From an uncultured Gemmiger sp. (GTDB lineage Bacteria; Bacillota; Clostridia; Oscillospirales; Ruminococcaceae), in NCBI GenBank assembly GCA_944382835.1, contig CALWNP010000011.1, positions 535-64,534 on the forward strand: a stretch of DNA of 64,000 nt, read 5' to 3'. The stretch's first letter is position 1, and every line of letters starts with the position of its first letter. Position numbers and translations under genes: made by a program. Shown here piece by piece: positions 38,136 to 46,133 of this stretch. The notes under the pieces were generated by a model. It saw only the letters and a program-made list of their open reading frames with translations. It was not told the DNA's origin and ran no database searches.

Positions 38136-38993
38136 ATGCGTTCACGGCCGGGACTTTTTTTTCAGAGCCTGGCTCTAACCCTGTTGTTGTTGCTGCCCAT
38201 GATGGGGGTGGTGCTGTTTCTGGTGGGGCAGCGGGAGGAGCAAAATGAGCTGCGCCAGGCCGCGGCCCGGCAGGGAAGTGTGGCGGTGGAAACCGGCGCC
38301 CAGAACACCCATCGCCTGCTGGTGGCGATACAGGGAGACCCGCCTTCCTTTGTGCTGGTGCGGCTGGATGGCCCGGCCCGCACCATCACCTTCTGCGGGC
38401 TGCCCAGCCGGATGCTGGTAAAGGCCCCCGCAGGGCAGACTACCCTGGGAGACTGTTATATGACGGCCGGGCCAGCCCGGGCAGCCCAACTGCTGGAAGA
38501 CACCCTTGGCCTGGCCCCGGATGCCTACTTTGCAGCCACAGCCGATTGCTACGCCGGATTTCTGGACGAAACGGCCACTGCCCGGGTGGATACCGCCTCG
38601 CTGCTGGAAAAGGAAACCCGGATTGCTCTGGGGTATGGCACCGACACGGTGGCAGAACTGACCCCCGAAACGGCAGAGGACTTTATTGGACAGCTCTCGG
38701 AAGTGTTGGAGGAGCCCCAGGCCTCTTCGGTCCGGGCCGCGGTTTGGGCGGCCTTTCTGCGGCAGGAACCCACCCGGCTGACCCAGATTCCCCAGGTCGC
38801 CCGGGACAACTCCGCCCGCACCCTCACTGATTTGCTGGCCCAGGACCTGTATACCATCGAGGAGACCATGACCTACCTGGCGGGCCAGTCCACCCTGACA
38901 GTCCAGTACCTGGTCCCCACGGGACAGGACGGCGCGGACGGCTGGGTTCTGGATGAGGACGGAACCCAGTTGCTTCAGGAATTGCTGGGCTGA
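38136..38993 (+). CDS. membrane-anchored LytR-CpsA-Psr-like protein, degenerate active site
   Basis: N-terminal TM then FVLVRLD..ARTITFCGLP, LGDCY..AG, LLEDTLGLAPDAYF pattern typical of the LCP fold. Confidence 0.65.
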   Translation: MRSRPGLFFQSLALTLLLLLPMMGVVLFLVGQREEQNELRQAAARQGSVAVETGAQNTHRLLVAIQGDPPSFVLVRLDGPARTITFCGLPSRMLVKAPAGQTTLGDCYMTAGPARAAQLLEDTLGLAPDAYFAATADCYAGFLDETATARVDTASLLEKETRIALGYGTDTVAELTPETAEDFIGQLSEVLEEPQASSVRAAVWAAFLRQEPTRLTQIPQVARDNSARTLTDLLAQDLYTIEETMTYLAGQSTLTVQYLVPTGQDGADGWVLDEDGTQLLQELLG

Positions 38994-40387
38994 TGCTCCA
39001 GCCAGGCGTGGTGCAGCGCTCGGGCCACCAGCGGGATATCCTCGGCGGATAGGGCCGCATAGCCGGCCACTACCGTGTCGGCGGGGCAGCGTTCCGGCCT
39101 GGCCATGTAATAACTGCTCAATCCCACAAGTCGGACCCCCTGGGCGGCGGCTGCATCCACCATGGCAGCCTCCCCTCCGGCATCCGGCAGGGTCAAAAGG
39201 AAGTGCAGGCCGGAATGAGTGCTTCCCAGCCGCAGCTGGGGGCCCAGCTCCCGGCGCAGCGCCTGCCCGAAGGCTTCCATCCGGCGCTTGTAGGCCAGCC
39301 GCATCCGAGCGATGTGGCGGGAAAAATACCCTTCATGGATAAAGCGGCGTAAGGTCTGCTGCTCAAACCGGCTGACGGTGTTGGCATAGACGGCAAAATC
39401 CTGCCGGTAGCGCAGCAAAAGCGGCTGAGGCAGCACCATGCAGGCAATACGGATGCCGGGGGCCAGACTCTTGGAAAAGGTGGTCAAATAGATCACCGGT
39501 CCATTGGGACCGGCCATCCCCTGCAGGCTGGGCAGCGGGCGGGTGTCAAACCGGAATTCCGAGTCATAGTCGTCTTCCAGAATGAAGCGGCCGGGCTGTT
39601 CGGCGGCCCAGGAGAGCAGCTGGGCGCGGCGGGGTGCTGGCATGGTGACCCCGGTGGGAAAATGGTGGCTGGGGGTGATGTAGCAGAGGTTGGCCCCGCT
39701 GGCCACCAACCCGTGCACCGGCAGCCCGCTCTTGTCAATGTCCACCGGAACACAGCGGATGCCGTTGTTCTGCAGCACCGCCCGGGTGCGCCCGTAGCCG
39801 GGATTTTCGATGGCGGCCACACTTTGTTGGAACAGGTGGGCGAGACACCCCAGCAGATACTCGATGCCGGCACCCACAACCACCTGGTCGGGGGTGCAGT
39901 CCACCCCGCGGGAGTCCCGCAGATATGCGGCAATCTCGGTGCGCAGCTCTGCATCCCCCTGCATCGCCCCGCGCTGCAACAGCTCGGGACATTGGTAGAG
40001 CAGTTCCTTCTGGATGCGTCCCCAGCTGCGGGCAGGAAACAGGGCGGTGTCGATGCTCCCGGTGGAGAGGTCAAATCTCGGTTGCTCCGGAGCAGGCGGC
40101 GGCACAGCGGGGGAGAGCATGGCTGGATGAGGTCGGGGGTGAAGCATACCGCCGGTTTCCTGTACATAAAATCCACTGCGGGGCCTGGACTCGGCCAGGC
40201 CCTCGGCAGCCAACATCTGATAGGCGGCGTCCACCGTGTTCACACTGATGCCCAGCCGGGATGCCATGGTCCTGCGCCCCGGCAGGGCACTACCCGGTGC
40301 CAGTGCTCCGGTGCGTATTTCCTCGGCCAGGGCGGCATAGAGCTGTTCATAGAGCGGATTCTTGCTTTCGGTTTCCAATGCAATCAT
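38975..40387 (-). CDS. MocR/GabR (PdxR-like) PLP-dependent transcriptional regulator
   Basis: GntR wHTH (LPGRR.MA..LGISVNTV..AY..L.AEG) fused to an aminotransferase fold (ENPGY, YITPSHHFPTG, EDDYDSEF, TFSKSLAP). Confidence 0.95.
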   Translation of the reverse strand: MIALETESKNPLYEQLYAALAEEIRTGALAPGSALPGRRTMASRLGISVNTVDAAYQMLAAEGLAESRPRSGFYVQETGGMLHPRPHPAMLSPAVPPPAPEQPRFDLSTGSIDTALFPARSWGRIQKELLYQCPELLQRGAMQGDAELRTEIAAYLRDSRGVDCTPDQVVVGAGIEYLLGCLAHLFQQSVAAIENPGYGRTRAVLQNNGIRCVPVDIDKSGLPVHGLVASGANLCYITPSHHFPTGVTMPAPRRAQLLSWAAEQPGRFILEDDYDSEFRFDTRPLPSLQGMAGPNGPVIYLTTFSKSLAPGIRIACMVLPQPLLLRYRQDFAVYANTVSRFEQQTLRRFIHEGYFSRHIARMRLAYKRRMEAFGQALRRELGPQLRLGSTHSGLHFLLTLPDAGGEAAMVDAAAAQGVRLVGLSSYYMARPERCPADTVVAGYAALSAEDIPLVARALHHAWLEHQPSNS

Positions 40388-40391
40388 AAAA

Positions 40392-40450
40392 CTGGCCCCA
40401 TAAAAAAGTTTTATTCTGGCTATTTAAGAGGTACCAGAAGCCGGTATAAT
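40392..40450 (+). promoter_or_regulatory. MocR/PdxR-type operator and -10 box
   Basis: CTGGC direct repeats at 40392 and 40416 (24-bp period), inverted TACCAG at 40432-40437, TATAAT at 40445-40450 with a poor -35. Confidence 0.7.
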
Positions 40451-40523
40451 GAGAGCATACCCCGACGGGAGGAAAAAGTCAACCGCCAGGGAAAGAAAAC
40501 GAATTTGGAGAGGATGTTTTACG

Positions 40524-41186
40524 ATGCCGACTTCTGTGATCTGGCTGCTGCTTTTTGTGGTGGTAGCCCTGGTGATGCTCTATGCCGTGCTGTCCAAAAC
40601 ACGCTTTACGGTGCGCAAAATTACCATCATCGGTGTGATGGCTGCACTGAGCTTTGTGGCCTATGAATTTTTCCGCATTCCCAATATTCTGGGCAGCGGT
40701 TCGTCGTTCCATCTGGGCAACACCTTTACTGCACTGACCGCCATGCTGCTGGATGGCGTATCCGGCGGTCTGGCCGGCGCCATCGGGCTGGCCCTGGCGG
40801 ATGTGGTGGCCGGGGACCCCGGTTATGCAGTGACCACCTTCCTGCTCAAGTTCATCATTGGTCTGGTCTGCGGTGTGACTGCTCAAAAGGTCTTCCACCT
40901 GCATGAGCTTTCCCTCAAGACCACGCCGCGGCTGAAATATCTGGCCTGCGTGACCGGAAGCGCTTTCAGCGGACTGCTGGTCAATGTCTTCACCGACCCC
41001 TTCCTGGGCTATTTCCGCAACCGGTTCATTTTCGGTCAGACGGAGGAACTGGCCAGTGTGGTGGTCAAGATCACCGGCGGCGTTACCCTGGTCAACTCGC
41101 TGCTGTCCACTGTTTGTGCGGTGGTGCTGTATCTGGCCCTGTGGCCGGCGCTGAACAAGGCACGGTTGCTGGAAGATCATGAATAA
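40524..41186 (+). CDS. ECF transporter S component (probably vitamin B6)
   Basis: IIGVMAALSFV, FHLGNTF, GGLAGAIGLALAD, six or seven TM helices; substrate inferred from the divergent PdxR-like gene. Confidence 0.8.
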   Translation: MPTSVIWLLLFVVVALVMLYAVLSKTRFTVRKITIIGVMAALSFVAYEFFRIPNILGSGSSFHLGNTFTALTAMLLDGVSGGLAGAIGLALADVVAGDPGYAVTTFLLKFIIGLVCGVTAQKVFHLHELSLKTTPRLKYLACVTGSAFSGLLVNVFTDPFLGYFRNRFIFGQTEELASVVVKITGGVTLVNSLLSTVCAVVLYLALWPALNKARLLEDHE

Positions 41187-41418
41187 ATCAGACCCGGCTT
41201 TTGCTGGGCCTTTTCTGTGTGCGTGGCAGGGGAGGGCAATCCGCTAATTTTGTGCAAAATATGAAAAAAGAGGAAAACACTGGTGCAGCGCTTCAAAATG
41301 GTGTAAAATAAGAGCATTACCGCCCATTGGCAAGTCCTTCTGGCGCGGTGTTGTGGATCAAGAAACCGACCTGCCCGGGCGGCAAAACAACCGGGCGGTG
41401 TGAGGAAAGGACGCATCA

Positions 41419-42885
41419 ATGTCTAGCCGAAACAACAGCTATGGAAAAAGCACCGGTTTCTGGGCGCGGATGAACCAGAAAACCCGGATGTATTTTGTGC
41501 TGGCGCTGTGCTGCGCCGTGTTGATGATCACCTCGGGCATCTGCCTGTTTCTCATGCGCGGCGGGTCCCACCAGGGAACCGAGACCCCGTCAGCGGACAG
41601 TGAGGTGCTGGTGGTGGACAGCGGATATGACAAAGATCAGAACACCATCGACACCACCCAGTACACCTCCACCATCCTGGAGGAAAGTGACGATGCCGGC
41701 CAGGAATATGTGGATGAGACCCTCTTCTTGGGGGATTCCAACACTGCCCGGATGATATTGCTGAACTACTGTACGAAGGATAATGCCATCGGTTCGGTGG
41801 GGATGACCGCCCGCTCGCTGGCTACCTTTGCCTGTGCAGGGTTTGAAGGATATTCCGGGTACAAGACCATGGCCGAGGCGGTGGCCTTGATGCAGCCCCG
41901 CCGGGTGATTCTGACCTTCGGTACCAACGATCTGAGCCCCGATTACAGCACCGAGAGCTTCATTGAAAACTACAAAGCCGGGATCCAGTCCATCCAGGAA
42001 GCCTATCCCAGCGTGGATATTATTGTCAACTCCATCCCGCCCCTGGGGCAGGAGCACTCCAACCAGTCGCTGACCCAGAGTCAGGTGGATGCCTACAACC
42101 AGGGCATTGTCCAGATGTGCCAGGACAACGGCTGGAAATATCTCAACAGTGCGGAGGTGCTCAAAGACCCCTCTACGGGTTATGCGAAGGATGGTTATGT
42201 GATCAGTGATGGCATTCATCTGACCAGCACTGCGATGGACGCCTTCTTCAACTATGTGCGAACCCACAGCTATATCACCGAGGATGATCGTCCCACTTTG
42301 ACTGCCATTCCGAAGCGCGGTGAAGACAAAGACGCGAGTTCTAGTTCCACGGCTTTGTCCACGCCTGCCCCCGCCACCGAGACCCCGGTGGAGACCCCTG
42401 CCCCCGCCACCGAGACCCCGGTGGAGACCCCTGCACCGGAGACCAGCACCTCTCAGGAAAGCGGCTCTCAGGAAAGCCAGGAGGTCACCTACACCTACTG
42501 GGACGAGACCATCGCCCCCAGCTGTACCACCGAGGGATACACCCTGCACCACTGCAACGAGGATTCCAGCCGGGACTACACCGATTCCTACACGCCGGCA
42601 CTGGGCCATGACCCGGTGACCAACGCAGATGGCAGCGTTACCTGCAACCGCTGCGGTGCGGTATTGCAGGCTGCGGCGGCAACGCCGGAGCCCACCCCCG
42701 CGCCTGAAGTCAGCACCCCCACTCCGCCTCCGTCAGAGAGCACGTCTTCGGATTCGGTTGTCTCTCAGCCCACTTCCGAAGCCACTTCCACCGATACCAC
42801 ATCTTCGCAGCCGACCTCGGAAAGCACCACCACAGAGCCCGAAAGCAGCGCCAACGGCGGTGAAATCCAGATCGGTACCAACTAA
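41419..42885 (+). CDS. membrane-anchored SGNH/GDSL hydrolase with Pro/Thr/Ser-rich tail
   Basis: N-terminal TM; blocks LFLGDSNT, TFGTND, SDGIHL; tail with APSCTTEGYT..C...LGH..C..CG module. Confidence 0.85.
   Translation: MSSRNNSYGKSTGFWARMNQKTRMYFVLALCCAVLMITSGICLFLMRGGSHQGTETPSADSEVLVVDSGYDKDQNTIDTTQYTSTILEESDDAGQEYVDETLFLGDSNTARMILLNYCTKDNAIGSVGMTARSLATFACAGFEGYSGYKTMAEAVALMQPRRVILTFGTNDLSPDYSTESFIENYKAGIQSIQEAYPSVDIIVNSIPPLGQEHSNQSLTQSQVDAYNQGIVQMCQDNGWKYLNSAEVLKDPSTGYAKDGYVISDGIHLTSTAMDAFFNYVRTHSYITEDDRPTLTAIPKRGEDKDASSSSTALSTPAPATETPVETPAPATETPVETPAPETSTSQESGSQESQEVTYTYWDETIAPSCTTEGYTLHHCNEDSSRDYTDSYTPALGHDPVTNADGSVTCNRCGAVLQAAAATPEPTPAPEVSTPTPPPSESTSSDSVVSQPTSEATSTDTTSSQPTSESTTTEPESSANGGEIQIGTN
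42364..42444 (+). repeat. 33-bp tandem repeat, two exact copies plus a partial third (PAPATETPVET)
   Basis: CCTGCCCCCGCCACCGAGACCCCGGTGGAGACC at 42364-42396 and 42397-42429. Confidence 0.95.
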
Positions 42886-42902
42886 AATCGATTCAATAGA
42901 TA

Positions 42903-42947
42903 GTCAGCGCGCATCCACTCGAGAGGGAGTCTGGGATGCGCGCTGAC
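42903..42947 (+). terminator. strong stem-loop (terminator or mRNA stabiliser)
   Basis: GTCAGCGCGCATCC...GGATGCGCGCTGAC; weak U-tract. Confidence 0.55.
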
Positions 42948-42967
42948 CTTATGGGAGGAATATTTGG

Positions 42968-44149
42968 ATGCTACTGGATACATGGATTGACAGATTTTGC
43001 GGCGGGGAAACGGCCGACCGCGCCAAGGTGGGCAAAAAGACCAGCCTGGTGGGGATCGGCTGCAACCTGATTCTGTTTGTTATCAAACTGGTGGCCGGCC
43101 TTCTTTCCGGCTCGTTGGCGGTGGCGGCAGATGCAGTGAACAACCTGTCGGACGCCTCTTCCAGTGTCATCAGCCTGCTGGGCTTTCAGATGGGGTCCAA
43201 GCCGGCGGACGCGGAACACCCCTATGGGCATGGCCGGTACGAGTATCTGGCCGGTCTCAGCGTTGCGGTGCTGATTCTTGTCATCGGGGTGGAGCTGCTC
43301 AAGACCAGCGTGGAGCGGACCCTGCACCCCGAGCCGGTGGATTTTACCGTGGTGACCGGCGGGGTTCTGGTGATCTCTATTATCATCAAGGCCGGCATGC
43401 AGGTCTTTTACAAGAAGGTGGGACGGAAGATTGATTCCAGCACCCTGGAAGCCACTGCCGCCGACAGCCGCAATGATGTGCTGACCACCACCGGCGTCCT
43501 GCTGGGCATGCTGGTGACCTACTTTACTGCTATCTCACTGGATGGCCCGGTGGGCCTTGCGGTGGCAGCCTTTATCCTGTACAGTGGGTTTGGGCTGATC
43601 CGGGATACCCTGGACCCGTTGCTGGGTCGGGCTCCCGAACCGGAAGAGGTGGAAGCCATCCGGCAGAAAATTCTCAGCTATCCCGGTGTGATCGGCACCC
43701 ATGACCTGCTGATCCACGACTACGGCCCCGGCCGGCAGTTCGCCAGCGCCCATGTGGAGATGTCGGCTGCGGCCGATCCCATGCAAGCCCATGACGTAAT
43801 TGACCAGATCGAGCGGGATTTCCTGGCCCAGAAGGGGCTGAATCTGGTGGTCCACATGGACCCGGTGGCTGAGGTGGATACCGCTCTGGGCCAGATGAAT
43901 GAATGGCTCTCTGCCCAGGTGCGCAGCATCGACAACACTTTGTCGGTTCACGACCTGCGGGTCATGAGCGAGGAGGATGGCCGGACCTTGCTGGAGTTTG
44001 ACTGCATGGTGCCCCGGGAAACCAACATCTCTGACGATACCCTGCGTTCCGAAGTGACCCGGCTGGTACAGAAGCGCTGGCCCCGGTCGGATTGCCGGAT
44101 CACGGTGGATCATGACTACGCCGCACTGCCCCACACTGCAGAGCGGTAA
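42968..44149 (+). CDS. cation diffusion facilitator family transporter
   Basis: ADAVNNLSD, HPYGHGRYE, DSRNDV, HDLLIHDYG; duplicated C-terminal metal-binding domain. Confidence 0.93.
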   Translation: MLLDTWIDRFCGGETADRAKVGKKTSLVGIGCNLILFVIKLVAGLLSGSLAVAADAVNNLSDASSSVISLLGFQMGSKPADAEHPYGHGRYEYLAGLSVAVLILVIGVELLKTSVERTLHPEPVDFTVVTGGVLVISIIIKAGMQVFYKKVGRKIDSSTLEATAADSRNDVLTTTGVLLGMLVTYFTAISLDGPVGLAVAAFILYSGFGLIRDTLDPLLGRAPEPEEVEAIRQKILSYPGVIGTHDLLIHDYGPGRQFASAHVEMSAAADPMQAHDVIDQIERDFLAQKGLNLVVHMDPVAEVDTALGQMNEWLSAQVRSIDNTLSVHDLRVMSEEDGRTLLEFDCMVPRETNISDDTLRSEVTRLVQKRWPRSDCRITVDHDYAALPHTAER

Positions 44150-44162
44150 ACAATCATAAAAC

Positions 44163-44203
44163 AATGCCGTCTGTCTCAGGCTGAGGCAGACGGCACTGTT
44201 TTT
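44163..44203. terminator. bidirectional terminator
   Basis: TGCCGTCTGTCTCAG/CTGAGGCAGACGGCA between convergent genes. Confidence 0.8.
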
Positions 44204-44618
44204 ACTTTTTGGCAGCGGGGGGACACAGATCCTGTAGGGTGACATGGTCGATGTAGTCGTTGATGGCCTGGTTGAGCCCTTCCCAAAAGGAAAGGGTCCG
44301 GCACTGGGGGCGGCGGGGGCAATCCTCGGCATCCGCGGCCAGACAGGGGATGGGGATGACCTCGCCCTCCACGGCGCGCAGAATATCTCCGGCCGTTATT
44401 TCAGCGGCGGGGCGGGTGAGTTGGTAGCCGCCCTGGCTGCCCCGTTCGCTGGCCAGCAGCCCGGCCCGTGCCAGAGGGGTGACGATCTGTTCCAGATATT
44501 TCAAACTGATATCCTGGCTGGTGCTGATGGCTTTGAGGGGGACAAAGGTCTCGGGTGGGCGGCTGGCCAGTTCCACCATCATCCGCAGTGCATAGCGATC
44601 TTTGGTCGAAAACTTCAT
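44202..44618 (-). CDS. Rrf2 family regulator (IscR/CymR-like) with three Cys
   Basis: RYALR, YLEQI, S.RG..GGY.L, C-X7-C-X5-C. Confidence 0.93.
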   Translation of the reverse strand: MKFSTKDRYALRMMVELASRPPETFVPLKAISTSQDISLKYLEQIVTPLARAGLLASERGSQGGYQLTRPAAEITAGDILRAVEGEVIPIPCLAADAEDCPRRPQCRTLSFWEGLNQAINDYIDHVTLQDLCPPAAKK

Positions 44619-44749
44619 GCAGTGGTCCTTCCTTTGTTTGATCTTGAGTATAGCATATCAAATTTCTATGAAACAGGCAAGGGAGCAGCCGACAATTCCT
44701 TTTAACTTTGTAGGATATTACAAATTTCTTCCGTTTATGGCCAAACGGC

Positions 44750-44778
44750 TTGACAGACAGAGAAATTCAAGCTATACT
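44750..44778 (+). promoter_or_regulatory. sigma-A promoter of the met leader and metQNI
   Basis: TTGACA-N17-TATACT. Confidence 0.9.
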
Positions 44779-44827
44779 GACGCCATAGCGATGTATCGCA
44801 AACCAGAATCGGAAAGGGGATGCTGTC

Positions 44828-44929
44828 ATGTCTCAGACTTTTGAACGCCGTGATGGCATGATGATGTGCATGTGCAGTGTGCTTCGGCAACCTGTACTTG
44901 CTTTCCCCTGCGCGTTTTTGGGAGCGTGA
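44828..44929 (+). CDS. 33-aa Met/Cys-rich leader peptide MSQTFERRDGMMMCMCSVLRQPVLAFPCAFLGA
   Basis: GGAAAGGGGA RBS 7 nt before ATG; ATG ATG ATG TGC ATG TGC at 44858-44875; TGA 44927-44929; lies between promoter and terminator. Confidence 0.8.
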   Translation: MSQTFERRDGMMMCMCSVLRQPVLAFPCAFLGA

Positions 44930-44944
44930 ACAGGGAGAATCGAG

Positions 44945-44979
44945 TGGCAGGGTGCCAGAAGGCATCCTGCCATTTTTTT
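44945..44979 (+). terminator. attenuator terminator upstream of metQ
   Basis: TGGCAGGGTGCC-agaa-GGCATCCTGCCA followed by T7. Confidence 0.9.
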
Positions 44980-45014
44980 GTCTCTTTGTTTGCAGAAAAG
45001 AGGAGGAGCCCACG

Positions 45015-45059
45015 ATGATTTACAGCCCCCGATGCCGGCAGCCGGGTGTGCGAATGTGA
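45015..45059 (+). CDS. possible 14-aa small ORF MIYSPRCRQPGVRM
   Basis: Strong GAGGAGGAG RBS about 6 nt before ATG 45015. Confidence 0.4.
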   Translation: MIYSPRCRQPGVRM

Positions 45060-45108
45060 CGCTGATCCCATCCGCCATCCACACTGACCGAACACAAAAG
45101 GAGAATGA

Positions 45109-46056
45109 ATGATGAAAAAGTTGATTTCTGCCCTGCTTGCAGCAGCCCTGACTCTGGGCCTGTCCGCCTGCGGTTCCACCGCCACCGTGGACAGCACCGC
45201 TTCTTCACAGAGCACCGCCGCTTCTTCCGAAGCCGCCTCGGAGGCAACCTCCGAAGCTACCTCGGACACTGCTTTTACCGGCGACGGTTTCGCTGCCGAT
45301 GTGGACTATGCTTCCCTGGCCGGCACCACCATCAAGGTGGGCGCCTCGCCGGTGCCCCATGCCGAGATCCTTAAGGTGGCAGGGGAGATCCTGGCCCAGG
45401 CGGACATTACCCTGGATGTGGTGGAGTTCACCGATTACATCCAGCCCAACCTGGCCACCGAGAATGGCTCGGTGGACGCCAACTACTTCCAGCACATCCT
45501 GTACCTGCAGGACTTCAACGAGCAGAACGGAACTCATCTGGTGAGCGCGGCTTCTGTCCATTACGAGCCCCTGGGCATCTACCCGGGCAAGACCACCAGC
45601 CTGGATGCCCTGGCGGACGGCGCTAAGGTGGCCGTTCCCAACGACGCCACCAACGAGGGCCGTGCCCTGCAGCTGCTGGCAGCCCAGGGATTGATCACCC
45701 TGCGGGATGGCGCCGGCCTGACCGCCACCAAGAATGACATCGTGGAAAATCCCAAGAATCTGGACATCGTCGAGATGGAAGCTGCCCAGCTGCCCCGCAC
45801 CCTGGCGGATGTGGATCTGGCGGTGATCAACGGCAACTATGCGGAACAGGCCGGCTTCTCCGCTGCCTCGGATGCCCTGGCCATCGAGGATGCCAACAGT
45901 GACATCATCAAGGACAACTACGTCAACGTCCTGGTGGTCAAGGAAGGCAACGAGAACACCCCCGCCATCAAGGCCCTGGCCGCTGCGCTGCGCAGCCAGA
46001 AGGTCAAGGACTTCATCAACGAGACCTACAATGGTGCCGTTGTGGCGGTGTTCTGA
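45109..46056 (+). CDS. metQ: methionine ABC transporter lipoprotein (MetQ/NlpA)
   Basis: Lipobox LSAC, VGASPVPHAEIL, FTDYIQPN, DANYFQH..YL, VPNDATNEGRAL. Confidence 0.95.
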   Translation: MMKKLISALLAAALTLGLSACGSTATVDSTASSQSTAASSEAASEATSEATSDTAFTGDGFAADVDYASLAGTTIKVGASPVPHAEILKVAGEILAQADITLDVVEFTDYIQPNLATENGSVDANYFQHILYLQDFNEQNGTHLVSAASVHYEPLGIYPGKTTSLDALADGAKVAVPNDATNEGRALQLLAAQGLITLRDGAGLTATKNDIVENPKNLDIVEMEAAQLPRTLADVDLAVINGNYAEQAGFSAASDALAIEDANSDIIKDNYVNVLVVKEGNENTPAIKALAAALRSQKVKDFINETYNGAVVAVF

Positions 46057-46133
46057 GAAAAAACATCAGAAAACCCGTGCAGGGAACGTCGGATTCCGGC
46101 GTTCCCTGTCGTTGTGAGACAGGGAGGCTACCC

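Noticed and set aside
41319-41399. ZTP (pfl) or c-di-GMP-II riboswitch
   Set aside because: Only scattered word matches (CTGGCG, AACCGACC, GCCCGGGC); the core elements are not in the right arrangement
42364-42444. CRISPR-like repeat
   Set aside because: Copies are contiguous with no spacers, in frame within a coding region, and no cas genes are present
44780-45108. Intact S-box, SMK box or T-box before metQ
   Set aside because: No AUC/GAU P1, kink-turn or T-box GGTGGNACCGCG sequence; only P3-like words are present (reported as a finding)
45169-45270. SEAA/SEAT repeats in MetQ as a novel domain
   Set aside because: Ordinary low-complexity lipoprotein linker
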